A stretch of 64,000 nt of DNA from an uncultured virus (IMG/VR IMGVR_UViG_3300032322_002078) (lineage: Duplodnaviria > Heunggongvirae > Uroviricota > Caudoviricetes). How positions within the stretch are numbered: position 1 is the first letter of the stretch; each line of letters opens with the position of its first letter. The notes under the pieces are model-generated. The model was not told where the DNA came from. It did not search any database and worked only from the letters and a program-made list of their open reading frames with translations. Of this stretch, positions 8,968 through 17,340 are shown piece by piece. Where the stretch lies: the IMG/VR virus record IMGVR_UViG_3300032322_002078. One strand, 5' to 3'. The translations under genes were made by a program, and so were the position numbers.

Positions 8968-9082
8968 CCTTGCCACTAACTACCCGCTATCCGCAACTTG
9001 TTACGCTTTAGGTGCAAAATTAGCGGGATATGCGAAAGATAACATCCACCCCTAACAGCGTGAACGACAAAACTAATTTAAA

Positions 9083-9286
9083 ATGAAATCAGCTTTTTTT
9101 ATTATGAAGATGTGGCAAACCGGAAACGTAGGTAGTCATAACATTAAAAAGTTTTCAGATAACCCGAAAGAAGGTTACGTAAGCTACGATGAAGCCAAAC
9201 AAGCAATGCTAAAGTTATGGGCAGAAGATAATTGGCAGTTAAAGAAAGGAGGTTATATGTTTTCAATAATGGAGATATTTTGGTAA
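9083..9286 (+). CDS. hypothetical protein flanked by 12-bp direct repeats
   Basis: 67 aa; GCGTGAACGACA at 9058-9069 and 9299-9310. Confidence 0.6.
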   Translation: MKSAFFIMKMWQTGNVGSHNIKKFSDNPKEGYVSYDEAKQAMLKLWAEDNWQLKKGGYMFSIMEIFW

Positions 9287-9375
9287 CAGAAAACAACCGC
9301 GTGAACGACATGGCTATGTAAGGCAGTTGAGGATTATTTAACAACCCACCGTTAATTTAACCGTACAAAGGAGCT

Positions 9376-10140
9376 ATGAAAACGCTCCTTTTTTTATTGC
9401 TGTCTCTAGCCGCAACAGCCCAGTGCAGCACACCATCCACACAAGCCAACACCTATCTAGCGCTACCCAGATTCTTAACCCTGTACTTAAGCGGACAATG
9501 CATCACAGCAGACATCCAGGACACCGTGATCTGCGTTCGGGCACCTCGCATGGACATCGGTCAAATCGCAGCATTTAGCTTCTCTACGCCGAACGGTAGT
9601 CCCGCAATGGTCTCGATGAAACAATACGACCAGGACTGCGTCTTGATCCAGGAAGACGGATTGATCTCTCCGGGCTACGACACCGTCACGGTATGCTATG
9701 AGATCCAAGCCAATACGATAGATAACTTCTGTCCGTACCTAGTCCAGGCTAACGGTCTGGCGGTGACGTGGTGCAGTCTTTATGCATACTACGACAGCGG
9801 AAGCCTGCATGTAAGATTCGTGACCTGCAGTAATGTCGGCACGATTCGGTATGATATCCTGCAGAGCAGCGATGCTCAAAACTGGATAACTATCGGAACC
9901 CTAAAACCTGAATTCCAGACAAGCTCAATGGAGTCGGAATACAGATTAGATATAGACTGGCACAGAGGCGGAGAAAACTACATCGCAATCCGCGAAGTCG
10001 ATGTCAATGGAAATGTAGACATCAGTGAAGTAATACATGTTTTTATCCCATACCCTGTAAATCCAAAGATGTCTGGCATAGACCTTATGGGTCGCCAAAC
10101 GCAAGACACCAGTTACCAATTCACAATACCGGTTAAATAA
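9376..10140 (+). CDS. secreted protein resembling Bacteroidota T9SS-type cargo
   Basis: Signal peptide ending ATA-Q, Cys-rich N-domain, LAVTWCSL...QSSDAQNWITIG...YIAIREVDVNG beta-sandwich pattern, DLMGRQ near the C-terminus. Confidence 0.65.
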   Translation: MKTLLFLLLSLAATAQCSTPSTQANTYLALPRFLTLYLSGQCITADIQDTVICVRAPRMDIGQIAAFSFSTPNGSPAMVSMKQYDQDCVLIQEDGLISPGYDTVTVCYEIQANTIDNFCPYLVQANGLAVTWCSLYAYYDSGSLHVRFVTCSNVGTIRYDILQSSDAQNWITIGTLKPEFQTSSMESEYRLDIDWHRGGENYIAIREVDVNGNVDISEVIHVFIPYPVNPKMSGIDLMGRQTQDTSYQFTIPVK

Positions 10141-10142
10141 TT

Positions 10143-10385
10143 ATGCCAGCAGACAGGTTCAAGACCTTTATGAAATGGTATCGAACCATTCAAATGATTG
10201 CCGGTAGTTTGTCGGCACTAGTAATTATGTACCTAGTGATAATCGACGCCGTGAGCTGGGATCGTGTATGGAAGGTCCTGATACTAATGGCGACATTCGG
10301 ATTCCTGGATCCCAAGATCGACATCATTGCTTTCATACAGCACATGAGTCAATTTAAAAAGAACAGCAGTGATAACAGCGAATAA
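10143..10385 (+). CDS. two-TM membrane protein (holin-like)
   Basis: 80 aa, two hydrophobic helices, charged C-tail; near lysis genes. Confidence 0.55.
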   Translation: MPADRFKTFMKWYRTIQMIAGSLSALVIMYLVIIDAVSWDRVWKVLILMATFGFLDPKIDIIAFIQHMSQFKKNSSDNSE

Positions 10386-10887
10386 AGATACGGTTTTACT
10401 GAAAGGCGCTAGCCCTAATCCCCTAGACGGAATGATCGTCGATGAGATCTACGGGGCCAATGGCGATACTATAGTGTTTTTCCGTAAGGCTCCGGAAGCC
10501 ATGCTGTACACCGCCGAACGCGCAAGGGAACACAAGGTAAGAGTTAAATCCGAAATGACTATCGGCGGAAGTCCTATTGGTTATATGGTATTCGATGACA
10601 CCACGAAGTACACCAGGGAATCCGTAGTTATGCTTGACGGACAATGGAAGCCATACGAAGAATCCAAAACCGCTTCCATGATGGCATCGGATACAATCAA
10701 GCCATCCACCACTGAATACTCAACTCCGCAGCGTTTTTCTATCACTCACCCCGTTCATGATACAATCCGGGATGACTATCCCATGAACCCTATTGCCGAC
10801 GGACTTCTTGTATTTATACTTGCAGCGTTTTCGGTTTACAAGATCCTCAGCGTCTTCACTAGTAAGACGCTGAGCTCCGTTGGTTAA
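10369..10887 (+). CDS. hypothetical protein with C-terminal TM helix
   Basis: GLLVFILAAFSVYKIL near the C-terminus; start uncertain. Confidence 0.55.
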   Translation: MITANKDTVLLKGASPNPLDGMIVDEIYGANGDTIVFFRKAPEAMLYTAERAREHKVRVKSEMTIGGSPIGYMVFDDTTKYTRESVVMLDGQWKPYEESKTASMMASDTIKPSTTEYSTPQRFSITHPVHDTIRDDYPMNPIADGLLVFILAAFSVYKILSVFTSKTLSSVG

Positions 10888-10952
10888 ATATTTATCTCGG
10901 CCAGGGGTGAAATGGGTTAATATTCTTATTTTAGCGAGCTGCTGAATTTAAG

Positions 10953-11525
10953 ATGTCCATAAAAAACATACTGGCGAATTCCCGAAACTTATTCTTCCTT
11001 GAGGTTGGTGTCCACAGAAATATCTCTTCGAGCAATGGATGTTTTCGCGACTATATGTCGCACATCCAACCCAGAGATCTTTTTGATTTCATCAGGAATG
11101 ACTACGACATCAATGCCGTAGATGCCGCCATGGCGAAAGCCAAGGATCGTCCTCTTGAGGCCGTAGATGTCCAATGCAGAATAATTCAGAAAACGGGGGC
11201 GACTAGATGGACGTGGTGGGAGATCCAGTTTTATGAAGAAGTTTTTTACTTCGTGGGCGGCGATATGGTAGACGTGATATCAATTGAAAGCCATAACTAT
11301 TCGAAGATGCAGCGGCTATTGGATAAAATCGCCTGGCTGCAAAACCATAAAGTCAGAAAACCGGCAGCAAACATTATAGGTCTTTCCCTGTTCATAGAGA
11401 ACCACAAAGGACTTCCACTAGACGAAGAGACCTCCAAAATATTTAAGATGGCATCGGATTCCGCTCATGAGTTGGACCAGGCCGTTCGAGAAATAACCGA
11501 GCTCTGTAATTCAATGAATTCATAA
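10953..11525 (+). CDS. PAS-like + HisKA (H-box) protein lacking the HATPase domain
   Basis: IAWLQNHKVRKPAANIIGL matches the Bacteroidota histidine-kinase H-box; upstream region PAS-like (RWTWWEI...FVGGD); ends after the second dimerisation helix. Confidence 0.7.
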   Translation: MSIKNILANSRNLFFLEVGVHRNISSSNGCFRDYMSHIQPRDLFDFIRNDYDINAVDAAMAKAKDRPLEAVDVQCRIIQKTGATRWTWWEIQFYEEVFYFVGGDMVDVISIESHNYSKMQRLLDKIAWLQNHKVRKPAANIIGLSLFIENHKGLPLDEETSKIFKMASDSAHELDQAVREITELCNSMNS

Positions 11526-11528
11526 AAT

Positions 11529-11819
11529 ATGAAGTACGGCAAAAAAGACAAAAGACTTATTTATATTGTAGCCGAAAAAGTTGCCGACAATCGAGTTCCC
11601 GAGCAAACCGGTGTCCAGATCATAATGGATAACTGGAATGCCAAACCAGCCCCTAGTGAAGCGCAGCTCACGGCCACCCTGACTTACGTCGTTGGAGAGC
11701 TGATAGAATTACGTAAAGCAGTAGCGATGCCGAGGCAAGAAGTGCAAACACAACAAAGCTGCGTAAAAGTTTTGGAACGCCTAAAAAATCTAGCAGCGTT
11801 CGAGCCTCTAGTTTACTGA
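11529..11819 (+). CDS. hypothetical protein
   Basis: 96 aa directly after the PAS-HisKA gene; 3' end overlaps the convergent spanin-like gene. Confidence 0.5.
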   Translation: MKYGKKDKRLIYIVAEKVADNRVPEQTGVQIIMDNWNAKPAPSEAQLTATLTYVVGELIELRKAVAMPRQEVQTQQSCVKVLERLKNLAAFEPLVY

Positions 11820-12216
11820 CCTCAGATCTCAGCTTCTCGTTCTCCGCCATAACGTCTTCATTAAGGGCAATCACAGCCGTCATCCTAGTATCTATAACCG
11901 CCACGCTATCCTTCCACTCCAGGCAATCGCATTTCACCGACAGCAGACCTGTGCTGCTATCGAAATCCGATTTGATCCTGGATCTGGACCCCTCTCTTTT
12001 CTCGGCGTAAGTCATGATCGGTATACTGCCATCCGGACACCCCGGCTTGGCATAGAACCAGGAAGAATCTGCTGGTATCGACACTCCTACATTTCTTATG
12101 GTCTGCACGTACTCTGTGCTACCCTGCCTGGATTTCAGTAGGGCGTTGAATCGTTTACGCGACACGCATCCCGACAACAGGATTAAAACAGTCGCTAGCA
12201 ACACCGATGCTTTCAT
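11668..12216 (-). CDS. putative unimolecular spanin (lipoprotein with C-terminal TM)
   Basis: Lipobox LLSGC, coiled-coil, C-terminal TM SFVVFALLASASLLLYVIL; directly downstream of the endolysin. Confidence 0.65.
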   Translation of the reverse strand: MKASVLLATVLILLSGCVSRKRFNALLKSRQGSTEYVQTIRNVGVSIPADSSWFYAKPGCPDGSIPIMTYAEKREGSRSRIKSDFDSSTGLLSVKCDCLEWKDSVAVIDTRMTAVIALNEDVMAENEKLRSEVSKLEARTLLDFLGVPKLLRSFVVFALLASASLLLYVILSALQRRKSGWP

Positions 12217-12695
12217 TTGAGATCTGGATATATCATTCCTGATTTCAGCGCACTACGCAGCTCCTTTGTGCGCATTCCGAAGGTTTTTTGAAAATGAGGC
12301 CTGTCTGGTTTATTCTTCCAATCGCCGCCCCACTCCCAACCGTAGATCTTAAATATACGAACTACCTCCATCCAGTCCGCAACGCTGTCGGAATCGAAAT
12401 CGGTCTTGGTATCCCACGAAGCCTCTTTTTTGTTTACAATAAGGCAGATGTCTATGGCCAGGCCGTAGTTATGAAAACTCTCTCCGCCCCTAGCCCAAGT
12501 TACTTTTTTACCTGGGGCCGTCCGGCCCTGCGCATAAAGCGCGTCTTGCTCCTTAATGGTTCTTAGGGTGTGTGTAAATCTGCAGTACGCTTTTCCGGTT
12601 AGCGCTGCGCATATTTTTTCGTAGATCTCCGTGGCTTCCTGGCGAACAGCCGGATGGAGCTTCTGAATTCTTTGTAGTGTTATGGCATCTCTCAT
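12213..12695 (-). CDS. endolysin, M15 family (L-Ala-D-Glu peptidase-like)
   Basis: LRTIKEQDALYAQGRT, SFHNYGLAID, WGGDW, DRPHFQ. Confidence 0.93.
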   Translation of the reverse strand: MRDAITLQRIQKLHPAVRQEATEIYEKICAALTGKAYCRFTHTLRTIKEQDALYAQGRTAPGKKVTWARGGESFHNYGLAIDICLIVNKKEASWDTKTDFDSDSVADWMEVVRIFKIYGWEWGGDWKNKPDRPHFQKTFGMRTKELRSALKSGMIYPDLK

Positions 12696-12737
12696 GCCCT
12701 TTTTTACGTCCAGGCTTCGGGGTTGTTACAAGTTATT

Positions 12738-12745
12738 TATATTTG
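12738..12745 (+). promoter_or_regulatory. Bacteroidota -7 element TATATTTG
   Basis: 15 nt upstream of the ATG at 12761. Confidence 0.6.
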
Positions 12746-12760
12746 TGAAAACTTATAATC

Positions 12761-13063
12761 ATGGCAAAGAAAGACGGGCTGACATCAAAGCAGCTAATGA
12801 AGAGATCCGAATCTAAGAAAAAGATGGCTTCTGAGCAAGACTATCTAGGAAAAGCTCAAATCAAAAACAAAGTGAAGCCCGGATCAATGATGTATGAAGG
12901 CAGTGTGCTTCCTGTAGGAAAGGAAAGGCTTCAAATAGCTAAAGACATGAGAAAGCAAGCCTCTAAAGACTCATTGGATTCTATTAATATGTCGTCTGGA
13001 AGAACGGCCAAAAGCGGCGCCAAGGGTGCAGCTAGTGTGGCCTCAAAAAAGAAAAAGCGGTAA
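12761..13063 (+). CDS. small Lys-rich basic protein
   Basis: 100 aa, K/S/M-rich; appears to have its own promoter and terminator. Confidence 0.7.
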   Translation: MAKKDGLTSKQLMKRSESKKKMASEQDYLGKAQIKNKVKPGSMMYEGSVLPVGKERLQIAKDMRKQASKDSLDSINMSSGRTAKSGAKGAASVASKKKKR

Positions 13064-13067
13064 AATG

Positions 13068-13094
13068 AAATCAGCGGAACTAGTCCGCTGATTT
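13068..13094. terminator. hairpin between convergent genes (probable terminator)
   Basis: AAATCAGCGGA-ACTAG-TCCGCTGATTT perfect 11-bp stem. Confidence 0.7.
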
Positions 13095-13148
13095 ACCCCC
13101 ATCAAAACGAAACAGACATTAGTCACTCAGATTGACGTGCAAATATAA

Positions 13149-13673
13149 TTAAACACTGAACACCGAGTACAGGATGGAAAAATTATATTGCCCGTCGCCT
13201 TGTGTTGCGACATCTCCGCTAGTCCTCTGTATTTTAAGATCGTTCCCCGGGCCAAATATTCTGAAATTTGAAAAATCAGATTCTTCTACCGGCCGGAATT
13301 TCTGAATAGCCTCATTCCCTTCTATATCTAAGGATATATTAAAAGGACCTCCGCTACCCCACGCCTTCATCTCCATCAATGGATTATCGTCTTGTATGAT
13401 CTGAAATACAGGCGTGTTGGAATAGTCGTAATTCACACTGGCTCCCGATACCCATGACACAATATCTAGTGGCTGGATAATAAATCCAGGGATGCCAGGA
13501 ATCAAAATCGCGTTCAGATCTAGCGTGGGTGGTATAACAACAGTTTGTCTCATGATGCCGCCACCTGCCGAGATCGGAATCACAACCTCTCTTGCTTGTG
13601 CGAGTGTTCCGCCACTGGGAACGCGCTTAACGACAATATAGTCGTATGGGCTGAATTCGTTGTCTTGGATCAT
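13149..13673 (-). CDS. hypothetical (probable virion) protein
   Basis: 174 aa, beta-rich, in the late region. Confidence 0.6.
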   Translation of the reverse strand: MIQDNEFSPYDYIVVKRVPSGGTLAQAREVVIPISAGGGIMRQTVVIPPTLDLNAILIPGIPGFIIQPLDIVSWVSGASVNYDYSNTPVFQIIQDDNPLMEMKAWGSGGPFNISLDIEGNEAIQKFRPVEESDFSNFRIFGPGNDLKIQRTSGDVATQGDGQYNFSILYSVFSV

Positions 13674-13759
13674 ATAGTATTTATTTGTTCGTTAGTTTTT
13701 CTTTAGCCCCTTTTTTTTGTTACCTTAAATCGTTTACGAATCCTGCGAGATTATAATAA

Positions 13760-14020
13760 TTACATTCCTTTTTTCTTTTTGACAGGAGTTGTAATTCTCG
13801 TAAGTTGACTGCTTGTGCCCGAAGAAGAAACCTTTTTCGGGTATTCAGTTCTTGTTGAGCCATCAGACCCTTTAGAGTAAGTGATAACCTCTCTCTTTAG
13901 GGTGCTTACAGGTTTTGTCGCTTTCGGACTTTTTTTCTTTGGCGGCTGTGCTCCACCATTCTGAATTTTAGCAATTTTCTTTTGGGCTGCTTTGAATCCC
14001 ATCCCTTTTTTTGATTCCAT
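13760..14020 (-). CDS. small Lys-rich basic protein
   Basis: KKGMGFKAAQKKIAK N-terminus; strongly basic. Confidence 0.65.
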   Translation of the reverse strand: MESKKGMGFKAAQKKIAKIQNGGAQPPKKKSPKATKPVSTLKREVITYSKGSDGSTRTEYPKKVSSSGTSSQLTRITTPVKKKKGM

Positions 14021-14028
14021 TGTATATA

Positions 14029-14286
14029 TTATTTAGTTGATTTACTCCCTTTGCATTTCCATTTTTTTCTCGACAGGGCGTTTGGTGAGTTCGGGTCTGA
14101 CCTCCAATCGCCTTTAATCTTATTGCTTCTTGCACAATAAGCGTCAGCTTTAGCCGTGCCGGGACGTATTCTATCCTTTCCATCCTTCGCCTTTCCTGCT
14201 TGCCCGTAGCTAATCTTATTCTTTCTGCCTGTTTCCTTGTTTTCAACGATTTTAACGAATCGTTTTCCTTTCGATGGTGTTGCCAT
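14029..14286 (-). CDS. small basic conserved phage protein
   Basis: KISYGQAG...DAYCARS...LSRKKWKC pattern typical of small phage late proteins. Confidence 0.7.
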   Translation of the reverse strand: MATPSKGKRFVKIVENKETGRKNKISYGQAGKAKDGKDRIRPGTAKADAYCARSNKIKGDWRSDPNSPNALSRKKWKCKGSKSTK

Positions 14287-14299
14287 ATAGTTTTTTCTT

Positions 14300-14494
14300 T
14301 TAAAGTTCTTCTCCCTGTGGTTGTGGTTTTAAAAAAAATCCATTTGGGTCATAAACTCCTGCTGTTACAGGGGTGTAATCGTACCTAATAGGGTCATAAT
14401 CATCGGGAGCAGGAAAGTATTTTATATTATCTGCTTCGATGACCTTACTCCATAAGATGACTGTATCTGTTGTAAAATCTATTTCTACTATCAT
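14300..14494 (-). CDS. small tail-fibre-associated protein
   Basis: 64 aa, translationally coupled to the upstream fibre gene. Confidence 0.55.
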   Translation of the reverse strand: MIVEIDFTTDTVILWSKVIEADNIKYFPAPDDYDPIRYDYTPVTAGVYDPNGFFLKPQPQGEEL

Positions 14495-15756
14495 ATTTTT
14501 AGTTTTGTAGCTATGTTTGTTCCTACTGTCAAGTTAACTGCATTTACATACAAAAACTTATTCACAGTATCTAAGCATAACCATGAATAATAATACGTTG
14601 TTGCATTTGCATCTGAAGGAGTTACTGTTGCCCAATTTAATAAAGAGGTAGTAAAACATTGAACTATTGAAAATCCATTAAAGCTGCTTCCGGGCATTGA
14701 CATTAAAGAGGAAACATATATAAGTCCAGTAGAAGGGTCACAAGCCAAAGACCTTGGTGACTTTGAGAAGAAGTAGTTGTCAACTATAACCGTAGAGGAT
14801 GTATTCGGATTAAGTATAAGAGTTCTGTTATTTCCATATGAAGCTATATAATACCTATCATTAACTGGATTATAGTCAATAGAAGTACCTCCATTTAATG
14901 CCCCACCAACCGTTGTTCCAGATATAACCACTGCATTTGTCGCTGTATTTATTGCAAAAAATTCTGAATCTCCAAAAGAAACACCTGCCAAATAACCATT
15001 ATGTAGAGATGAGCCATTGTTTACATAACAAATATTTGTAACAGCAGTCGTCCCAAGAGTTGCAGCAGCAATAGTTGCCACTACAGTTAATGTACTTGGA
15101 TTTATTTCTGTTATGTTTGCACTTGAAGGGTTGGCGATATAAACCTTTGTTGAAGATATTTCAACACACTCAATACCTCCATTTCCACTTCCTGTAATAT
15201 CGGGTAATATATTTAAACCAGTTGTAGGATTGTATCTTCTAATTGTTCCTGTAGAACTTTGAGTAACCCATACTTCGTTAATACTTGAAATATACATTAC
15301 ACCAGTTGCATTTGTAAGAAGGAATCCAGTTATAAAATAACCTGTAGATGCTTGATAGACATCTACTCTTCCACTACCTGCACTTGTTATCCAAAACCTA
15401 TCAGCAGAAGGAATTACTATATGGCAAACCGCATTTGCAAATCCAGGAAATGTTCCTACTATACTCCCCGGTATCAATCCCATTGGAGAAACAGGGTCGT
15501 TTTTCCATCCCTTTGTCCCCGATGAATCAGTTCCATAAACCTTATTTACACCCGGAGTGGCTAAATCTCCATCAAGTTCAACATTGCCAGTTACAATTTT
15601 AACTGACTTTGTATCTGTAAGAGTATCTTGTTTAGTATTAAGACCAGTGTCTACATAGTCCTTAATAGCCTTTTGGGAAGGAACAACAAGGTCACTATCT
15701 AATGCTAAGTTAGGGTCTGTATCTATCGGTGTACCTCTTGTGAATCCCTGTGCCAT
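14491..15756 (-). CDS. tail fibre/receptor-binding protein with YncE/YVTN-like beta-propeller
   Basis: N-terminal VPSQKAIKDYVD fibre motif; repeated blades (KVYIAN...ITEINPSTLTVVATI; DRYYIAS; GLIYVSS). Confidence 0.7.
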   Translation of the reverse strand: MAQGFTRGTPIDTDPNLALDSDLVVPSQKAIKDYVDTGLNTKQDTLTDTKSVKIVTGNVELDGDLATPGVNKVYGTDSSGTKGWKNDPVSPMGLIPGSIVGTFPGFANAVCHIVIPSADRFWITSAGSGRVDVYQASTGYFITGFLLTNATGVMYISSINEVWVTQSSTGTIRRYNPTTGLNILPDITGSGNGGIECVEISSTKVYIANPSSANITEINPSTLTVVATIAAATLGTTAVTNICYVNNGSSLHNGYLAGVSFGDSEFFAINTATNAVVISGTTVGGALNGGTSIDYNPVNDRYYIASYGNNRTLILNPNTSSTVIVDNYFFSKSPRSLACDPSTGLIYVSSLMSMPGSSFNGFSIVQCFTTSLLNWATVTPSDANATTYYYSWLCLDTVNKFLYVNAVNLTVGTNIATKLKI

Positions 15757-17006
15757 TATCTGATTTCTCTGAATTTAATTGATGCATAAACTGTTTGTGT
15801 ACCACTTAATGAAATAGCTTTAAGTGTTAATGTTCCCAAAGAACGATGAGAACCTGCTGCATCTAAAGTAATTGGATACCTTGAAATAATGGCTGTATTT
15901 GTTACTCCCTTTGTACTACCTGATGATGCAACATATCCACCATCAATTACAATAGCAGGACTTCCGCTAAGAGTTCCTAGTATATTATATTCAGAACTGC
16001 TATATGTGCTATTTACAGCATTATATGTAGTTGTTCCTGATATGGCTTGTCCTATACAAAGCTGCCATTGAACAGGCTGATTACCTGCATTATAAATCTC
16101 AACATCTATATATGCCACTCTTGTTCTATTAGTAAATGAATTAAATGTTGTTCTGGGTCTAAGGCTTAACATATGAGTCCCACCTGTACCTACACTAATA
16201 GCTCCTGAGTCTTGTTGAAATGTATATCCAAATGCATTTATATCTTCTGTACCACCTTCTGAAATAACCGCAGAACAAATAAAGTTCATTGTAGTAGAAA
16301 CTGTAGCAGTACAAGTCATTCCGCATCTCACAGGAAGATTTGCTGTTTGGATATAAGGTGAAGCAAAAAGGTTTGCATGAAGAAATTCGTGAGCATATAT
16401 AATGTTTCCTCCAATATCAAATCCTATACGCACCCTTCCTACATACAAAGCCTGTATATCAATAACAAGAATTTGAGTCTTAGTTATATCTAAAGTAAAT
16501 CCACTTGCTCCTGTACCATCAAGCTTATCTAAGTTCCAAGAAGATTGGGTTACTGTTTCATTACCTGCTGATGATGCAGAGTAAATCACAAATTGCTTAG
16601 TAGTGCCATTAAGTTGAAACTCAATTCCATTGACTCCATCCGAATATCCTGCAAACTTCAACACATTAGCTACGGCAGCAATCATATTGAATGTTACAAA
16701 TATTAATTGCGATCTGCCTGGTTGATAGGGCAAGTACTCGTAACTCTGCATATAAGCCTTTCCTCCTGTTGGAGTTGAAGCAAACGTCATTAATGCACAT
16801 CTATTTGTGCCATCATGAGTTATTGAAGCCCCTGTACCTGTTACAATCTGCTCCATGATAACAGGAGTAAGGTCATAAGTAAACTGAGAGTTGTGTAGAA
16901 TCAATGGATTACTAACCCTCAAACGACTAAATGCATCAAGGTTAGCTGAATCTTTAATAGTTACAGCTGAATCTATAATATTGTATGACGAGTATCCTTG
17001 TGCCAT
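15756..17006 (-). CDS. tail/virion structural protein
   Basis: DAFSRLRVSNP, YQPGRSQ, QSSWNLDKLDGTG, YVGRVRIGF pattern seen in phage virion proteins. Confidence 0.7.
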   Translation of the reverse strand: MAQGYSSYNIIDSAVTIKDSANLDAFSRLRVSNPLILHNSQFTYDLTPVIMEQIVTGTGASITHDGTNRCALMTFASTPTGGKAYMQSYEYLPYQPGRSQLIFVTFNMIAAVANVLKFAGYSDGVNGIEFQLNGTTKQFVIYSASSAGNETVTQSSWNLDKLDGTGASGFTLDITKTQILVIDIQALYVGRVRIGFDIGGNIIYAHEFLHANLFASPYIQTANLPVRCGMTCTATVSTTMNFICSAVISEGGTEDINAFGYTFQQDSGAISVGTGGTHMLSLRPRTTFNSFTNRTRVAYIDVEIYNAGNQPVQWQLCIGQAISGTTTYNAVNSTYSSSEYNILGTLSGSPAIVIDGGYVASSGSTKGVTNTAIISRYPITLDAAGSHRSLGTLTLKAISLSGTQTVYASIKFREIR

Positions 17007-17007
17007 A

Positions 17008-17337
17008 TTAGGTTATTTCTGATCCGTATAATGAGAAGCTAAGGTTTGTGTTTGAAGCATAAACCCTTACTACATCTGTTGTTGCTAAAGTAATACCAAT
17101 AGTAGCTATGAATGTATCATTAGCACCTATTGGTAAATCATAGTAAAGATAGTCTTTATTTGTTGTTGTTGCTCCACCTACAGCTATACTAACTCTAAAT
17201 GTAGCTACTGTTGTACTTCTATTAGCTATAATTATAGAGCTTCCTATTGCTGATGTTGCAGCAGGTACTGTGTATAATGCCGTTTCTGTTGTTGCAGCAG
17301 GACTTGATTGTCCTAATACTTTGTATGTTGTTGCCAT
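17008..17337 (-). CDS. small virion/tail protein
   Basis: YKVLGQSSP...LYTVP...SFSLYGSEIT family pattern. Confidence 0.7.
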   Translation of the reverse strand: MATTYKVLGQSSPAATTETALYTVPAATSAIGSSIIIANRSTTVATFRVSIAVGGATTTNKDYLYYDLPIGANDTFIATIGITLATTDVVRVYASNTNLSFSLYGSEIT

Positions 17338-17340
17338 ATT

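Noticed and set aside
7801..9310. CRISPR array, given repeats nearby and a Cas4-like nuclease at 2847
   Set aside because: The units are non-identical long palindromes separated by whole ORFs, not identical repeats with 30-40 nt spacers; the nuclease has no cas neighbours
1..14000. Apparent over-representation of CTAG
   Set aside because: A rough hand count (~12 in the first 3 kb) is about the random expectation; it is merely not depleted and would need a formal k-mer test
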